From: an uncultured virus (IMG/VR IMGVR_UViG_3300028559_000007)
Lineage: Duplodnaviria > Heunggongvirae > Uroviricota > Caudoviricetes
Direction: 5' to 3' (one strand)
DNA: 64,000 nucleotides
IMG/VR virus record: IMGVR_UViG_3300028559_000007
Both the position numbers and the translations under genes were made by a program. Below, piece after piece: positions 59,722-64,000 of this stretch; positions within the stretch are counted from its first letter, which is position 1, and each line of letters begins with the position of its first letter. The notes under the pieces are model-generated. The model was not told where the DNA came from and did not search any database. It worked only from the letters and a program-made list of their open reading frames with translations.

Positions 59722-59740
59722 ATTAGAAAGGAGGGTTTTT

Positions 59741-59899
59741 ATGGCTAAAGATAAAATATTTGAGCTTAATTATAAAATTGAGGGTCTTAGAAGAATGATT
59801 AAACGTAAAGTTAAAAGAGGTCTTAAAAATAGATACAAATCACTTGATAAAGAAAAGCAAAGAAATATAAATGAAGATTATTTTGATAACAGATGGTAA
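59741..59899 (+). CDS. Small basic protein
   Basis: ATG at 59741 after AGGAGG; the upstream GTG start overlaps the tRNA-like RNA. Confidence 0.55.
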   Translation: MAKDKIFELNYKIEGLRRMIKRKVKRGLKNRYKSLDKEKQRNINEDYFDNRW

Positions 59900-60063
59900 A
59901 AGTATCAAGACCAAAAACAGAGAAATGGCATAATTACGAAGAAGGTGATTGTGCAAAACCTATTGATAGAGATGGAAGTAATAAATCTTTTTTTAAAAAA
60001 GGATTTTGGAAGAGATATGATAGAAAGAGATTTTTCAGAAATATTGCAAAATGGTTTGAATAA
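59893..60063 (+). CDS. Small basic/aromatic protein (not in ORF track)
   Basis: MVKVSRPKTEKWHN..KRFFRNIAKWFE*, 56 aa. Confidence 0.5.
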   Translation: MVKVSRPKTEKWHNYEEGDCAKPIDRDGSNKSFFKKGFWKRYDRKRFFRNIAKWFE

Positions 60064-60068
60064 TAAAT

Positions 60069-60128
60069 AGCGTATTAGATTAGTGGTAGATCCTATGCGC
60101 GGGTGTTCGATTCACTCATACGCTACAA
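60069..60128 (+). ncRNA. Anticodon-less tRNA-like RNA
   Basis: AGCGTAT/ATACGCT acceptor, TA, D arm GATT-AGTGGTA-GATC, 8-nt linker CTATGCGC, T arm GGGTG-TTCGATT-CACTC, ends A-CAA. Confidence 0.75.
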
Positions 60129-60261
60129 TTTAACTTTTGCAATTATTTCTAACCAATTACTTTGATCATTATAGAGTATTCCTGACTTATTTTCAGAAGA
60201 TATGATCTATTAATTAATTATAATCGTGAAGTTAGGGATAGTAAAATCAATTCTATATTAT

Positions 60262-60699
60262 CTAATCAGGATTATCTAACAAATTCTTAATTTTATTATC
60301 ACGAACTTCTATTTTACAAAATCTTTCTCTTAATAGTTTATTTTCATAACTCTCTTCAATTGGTACATTTTCATCCATTATAGATATATTAGTAGGCATA
60401 AAATAAGCATCTATTACTATGTCTTTAAATCCATAATCACTTTTAAGTAGATCTACAACACCGCTATAAAGATCATCTACTCTAGGTTTATAAATATTAT
60501 ACTCTTTTTTAAGATCACGGTCAATCCATTTAACTTTATCAGTCCAATTTTTAAGATTAATCTCTCTAACTTTAGATACATTAACATAAGCATCAAGTAG
60601 AATTTGGTTAAATTCATCTTGTGTAAATAAAGTTGTGTGTGTTAAAGTTACATGTGGGCAATCTTCCCAATCAGTATAACCGATAGAATAAAAATACAT
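60262..60699 (-). CDS. Hypothetical protein with tag
   Basis: Ends RDNKIKNLLDNPD. Confidence 0.7.
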   Translation of the reverse strand: MYFYSIGYTDWEDCPHVTLTHTTLFTQDEFNQILLDAYVNVSKVREINLKNWTDKVKWIDRDLKKEYNIYKPRVDDLYSGVVDLLKSDYGFKDIVIDAYFMPTNISIMDENVPIEESYENKLLRERFCKIEVRDNKIKNLLDNPD

Positions 60700-60726
60700 A
60701 TTAAATAATAATTTATAAATATAAAT

Positions 60727-60755
60727 AAAAAAACCCAGTTTTTCAACTGGGTTTT
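60727..60755 (-). terminator. Intrinsic terminator after the T9SS-CTD gene
   Basis: AAAACCCAGTT-TTTC-AACTGGGTTTT, with a U-tract on the minus strand. Confidence 0.8.
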
Positions 60756-60758
60756 AAA

Positions 60759-62048
60759 TTATCTTTTTATTAGTTTAGATATAGTTTTTGATCCATCTGG
60801 ATGATTGACCTCAAAATAATAATAACTATATTTTAAATCTGATACATCAAATTTTTCAGTTCCTTTAAATGTCTTTACTTTTTTTCCAGAAAAATCTAAA
60901 ACGTTGATAACAACCTCTTCTGAATTAGTTAAATATATTACATCTGAAAATGGATTAGGATATAGTATATCTTCCGTGTCTTCATTACTTGTAAAGATAT
61001 CATCAACATCAACAATCTTTTGATACTGAGTTTGATTCTGTTCTGTTTGACAATCTTGAATTACTAAAATACCATCAACATCGTATCCATCAGCAGAACC
61101 AGAAAAATCTAAGTGAGATGAACGATCTGTTAATCTAATATATTTAAACCAATCTGTAAATTGAACATCAACATATCCATCTAAACAAATTATATCAACA
61201 TATTCCCAATTTTCTAAATCTTTAGAAACTTCAATATAAACCTTTTCTGGATAATCTTCACAAATAGGATTACCATAAGTTGTTTCAGTTAATTGTAAAT
61301 CCCATCCTGGTTGATTAAATTTTACATAATCTAAACTTAAAATTAAACAACCACCAAAACCAAGAGATACAAAATTAACAACTTGATTACCTTGTGGAAT
61401 GCCTAAGGCGTTTAAAGGATTAGTTCTAGCTAAAGATATTGGTGTTCCATTTTGACGATTACCTGGTATATATTCTACAACTCCTGTTGCAAATCCAGAT
61501 TGAAGAGATGTTGGAGTTGATTCTGTTTCTAAATAATAACCTTCAATGGCATCAACATCATAACCATCAGCTTCAGTATAACGCTTAAACCCATCATATG
61601 GTGATGTATCTACTATTCTAATGTAATTAGCCCAATTAAGTTCACCTAAATCTAATTCATCATCTTGACAAATAATTCCTAAAGGAATAAAATTACAACC
61701 ATCTTGTGATGCAAAAACCCATGCTTTTTCAGGATAAACATTACATGATGGCGAACCAAATGTTGTTTCCCAAATTTTTAAATCAAACCCCTCACCATTT
61801 TTAATAGGCTGAGACATTTTAATCGTAATACTACCACCAAATCCTAATGAAACAAAATTCAATTCATCTGTATTTGTAGTTGTTCCCAACGATTTATTAG
61901 GATTACTTCTTTCTTCAATAATAGGATTAGCTAAATTTGTAGTTGATTGTTGAAAACTAGAAATTTCGCCACCCCAAATTGATTGTGAGTAACTAGTTAT
62001 GCTTAACAAACATAAACTAATAAAGATTATTTTTTTCAATTTTTTCAT
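60759..62048 (-). CDS. Secreted protein: signal peptide, duplicated domain and T9SS (Por) type A C-terminal sorting domain
   Basis: MKKLKKIIFISLCLLSITSYSQ; 2x NFVSLGFGG..ADGYDVD; LYPNPFSD..V.DFSGK.V..D.S.L....Y..KLIKR. Confidence 0.85.
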   Translation of the reverse strand: MKKLKKIIFISLCLLSITSYSQSIWGGEISSFQQSTTNLANPIIEERSNPNKSLGTTTNTDELNFVSLGFGGSITIKMSQPIKNGEGFDLKIWETTFGSPSCNVYPEKAWVFASQDGCNFIPLGIICQDDELDLGELNWANYIRIVDTSPYDGFKRYTEADGYDVDAIEGYYLETESTPTSLQSGFATGVVEYIPGNRQNGTPISLARTNPLNALGIPQGNQVVNFVSLGFGGCLILSLDYVKFNQPGWDLQLTETTYGNPICEDYPEKVYIEVSKDLENWEYVDIICLDGYVDVQFTDWFKYIRLTDRSSHLDFSGSADGYDVDGILVIQDCQTEQNQTQYQKIVDVDDIFTSNEDTEDILYPNPFSDVIYLTNSEEVVINVLDFSGKKVKTFKGTEKFDVSDLKYSYYYFEVNHPDGSKTISKLIKR

Positions 62049-62144
62049 AAGATATTTATTTTTGATTTATATATTATATGCCCAATAAGGCTTTTAGTTG
62101 AGTGATTGAAAAATTAGTTTTTTTAGTATAATTTTTTTATATTT

Positions 62145-62798
62145 ATGAAAATTTATACTAAAAATATGCTTTTTAAAAAATATAGAAGAAGATATAAAAA
62201 ACTTTGTAATAAAGTATGTCAATCTTTTAAAAAATTAGATAAAGAAGATAAAGTAAAAAAGATTACATTAAAAGATTTCTTTCTCTCTTTATCCGAAAGT
62301 TCTAAAAATAAATTAAAAGTGAAAACAGATACTGGTATAGAAATTACTCTAAATCACAAAGACAATATTTCTAATGTTATAGTTCAATTTTTAAGAAATT
62401 ATAAATTTAGTGAACTTGGTGTAACTAATAAATCATATTATTCTAGTGAATTAATTGATTTGAATAGTATTGATTCTTTTGAAAATTTATTAAAATTACT
62501 TGATGATTTTATTAAGTTATCAGATTCTGAATTGATAAAAATAAAATACGAAAAATCTTTAGAGATATCAGAATCTATTAAGAAAAAACAAATTAAAGAA
62601 AATGAATCTATTAGAAGAAATATAAAAAATGATAGATTATTAAAATCTTTTATAGATGAGTCAGAATTTATAAAAGATTATTTATATGATTTACAAGATA
62701 TTCTTGGTAATTATAAAATTAAATATGAGAAATTTTTTGTTAATTTTACTTTTGATTTTTTTATTGATTGTAATTTACCAATTTCAGGTGATGGTTGA
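62145..62798 (+). CDS. Hypothetical protein (possibly continues via frameshifts to ~63203)
   Basis: ORF followed by overlapping open frames lacking good starts. Confidence 0.55.
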   Translation: MKIYTKNMLFKKYRRRYKKLCNKVCQSFKKLDKEDKVKKITLKDFFLSLSESSKNKLKVKTDTGIEITLNHKDNISNVIVQFLRNYKFSELGVTNKSYYSSELIDLNSIDSFENLLKLLDDFIKLSDSELIKIKYEKSLEISESIKKKQIKENESIRRNIKNDRLLKSFIDESEFIKDYLYDLQDILGNYKIKYEKFFVNFTFDFFIDCNLPISGDG

Positions 62799-63182
62799 AA
62801 AATTTTAATTTAACAATAAAATATGTTATATCTACTACTAAAAAATCTTTAATTTTAACAGTCATTAAGAGTTTTGATCATAGAGATTATAATAATATAA
62901 TTGTTACTGAAAAAGATATTATGGAATATAAAAATTCAACAGATACTAAAATAATAGTGGATCAGATTTTAACAGGAATGGGAATGGATCGAACGCATCA
63001 GATTTTAGAATTATTTAATTGACTGTAAAATTGAATGGATATTTTTTAAAAATGATCCTGAGAAATGTTTAATGAATTCTAAAGTTAGAAATAGAGCCAA
63101 CTCTATTTCTTTTAAACCTGTTAAAAAAGTAGAATCTTTTATAAAGAATTTTAATCAATATTATACAATACCCAAAGGATCA

Positions 63183-63536
63183 TTAATTGTTGATGTTTGG
63201 TAATATTAGTTGTTTTAATAGTTTATCTCGATTATATCTTTTAGTAATATCAATTAGTTCTTTACCAATACAATTATTTGTATCAATCCAGGATAATTTA
63301 TTGCCTATTCTTATCAAATTATTAGATTTTTTAACTATAAACTCGTTATATTTATTAGATATAGTTTCACCAATTAAACTTTTCCTTATTTTATAATAAA
63401 TTATTATATTTCTTGGACTTTTGATGTAGTATATGAAATAGTCTCCCGGATATAATGTAAAATTTGTAAAACAAATATCAATTGATAATTCAGTTTGAAC
63501 TTCTAAAACTTTATATTCACTTTCTGGTAGAATCAT
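63183..63536 (-). CDS. Hypothetical protein with tag
   Basis: RDKLLKQLIL near the C-terminus; TACTTTTG at 63540-63547 (-). Confidence 0.65.
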   Translation of the reverse strand: MILPESEYKVLEVQTELSIDICFTNFTLYPGDYFIYYIKSPRNIIIYYKIRKSLIGETISNKYNEFIVKKSNNLIRIGNKLSWIDTNNCIGKELIDITKRYNRDKLLKQLILPNINN

Positions 63537-63598
63537 ATACAAAAGTAAAAAAAATTTTTGTATTTTAAAAGTAAAAAATTTTTTTGTATCTTTGTATT

Positions 63599-64000
63599 AT
63601 GGAAAAATTATACTGCTTTCTAAGACAAGAAACTGATAAATCAACTAGTGCTTATAGTTATGCAGTTGCCAATATAGATCTGTTTAGAAAAATAACACCT
63701 GCAATAACCCAAGAACATTTTTTTAGATGGGAATATAATTTAGACCATTTAGAAACAGGACAATTATTTTACTATTCTAAAGAAATATTACCTGGTCAAA
63801 TGACTATAAAAGTTGAACCACTTGATATAAAAAAATATGAATCTATTATAAAATTATATAGATTATATGTAAGTTCTGGAGTTACTACTACATCTAGTAA
63901 TTCTTTAAGAAATAAAGTATTAGTTTATTTGGAAAATTATTATGCTAAAGTTATTGTCAAAGAAATGAGAGATTTAAAAATTAATGAAATATTAGATGGA
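63599..64000 (+). CDS. 3'-truncated hypothetical protein reaching the tag at the window edge
   Basis: ATG after TATCTTTG; last codons read EMRDLKINEILDG. Confidence 0.7.
   Translation, partial: MEKLYCFLRQETDKSTSAYSYAVANIDLFRKITPAITQEHFFRWEYNLDHLETGQLFYYSKEILPGQMTIKVEPLDIKKYESIIKLYRLYVSSGVTTTSSNSLRNKVLVYLENYYAKVIVKEMRDLKINEILDG

Noticed and set aside
59657..59740. N-terminal extension of ORF 59657..59899 from GTG
   Set aside because: Overlaps the tRNA-like RNA; ATG at 59741 after AGGAGG is more plausible.
63541..63590. Imperfect ~26-bp tandem repeat AAAAGTAAAAAAATTTTTTGTAT
   Set aside because: Explained as low-complexity back-to-back divergent TAnnTTTG promoter region; only two copies.
1..64000. 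Genome-wide stop-codon reassignment (TGA=Trp or TAG=Gln)
   Set aside because: TGA and TAG end many genes at sensible positions (ATGA overlaps, tag termini), Trp is TGG, and coding density is already high in code 11.

Overview
Very AT-rich, gene-dense segment of a large (jumbo-type) tailed phage. A Bacteroidota host is inferred from recurring TAnnTTTG promoters and a T9SS C-terminal-domain protein. No capsid, terminase or intact replicative polymerase genes lie in the window. Recognisable genes: HU, a SET-domain protein, glycosyltransferases, two giant collagen-like fibres, PD-(D/E)XK and GIY-YIG nucleases, Skp/OmpH, Prs, NadE, PARG, an RNA ligase, UvsE, a (p)ppGpp-hydrolase-like HD protein, an M42 peptidase, GGCT and a tRNA-binding OB-fold protein. 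Main unexplained structure: (1) over 30 unrelated proteins end in one helical tag, R-x-x-K-[IL]-x-x-[IL]-[LG], mostly in host-type promoter units; (2) a separate set of proteins behind a TAATATATA motif starts with a motif like the T4 capsid-targeting sequence (MKYLKxFxE); (3) a third promoter class, AAAC-N16-18-ATATAA; (4) unannotated structured RNAs: a ~285-nt RNA with a predicted kissing loop, an anticodon-less tRNA mimic, a tRNA-like RNA with an expanded core, and a tRNA-Cys with degenerate D/T loops. All family calls are by-eye motif recognition; no searches were run.
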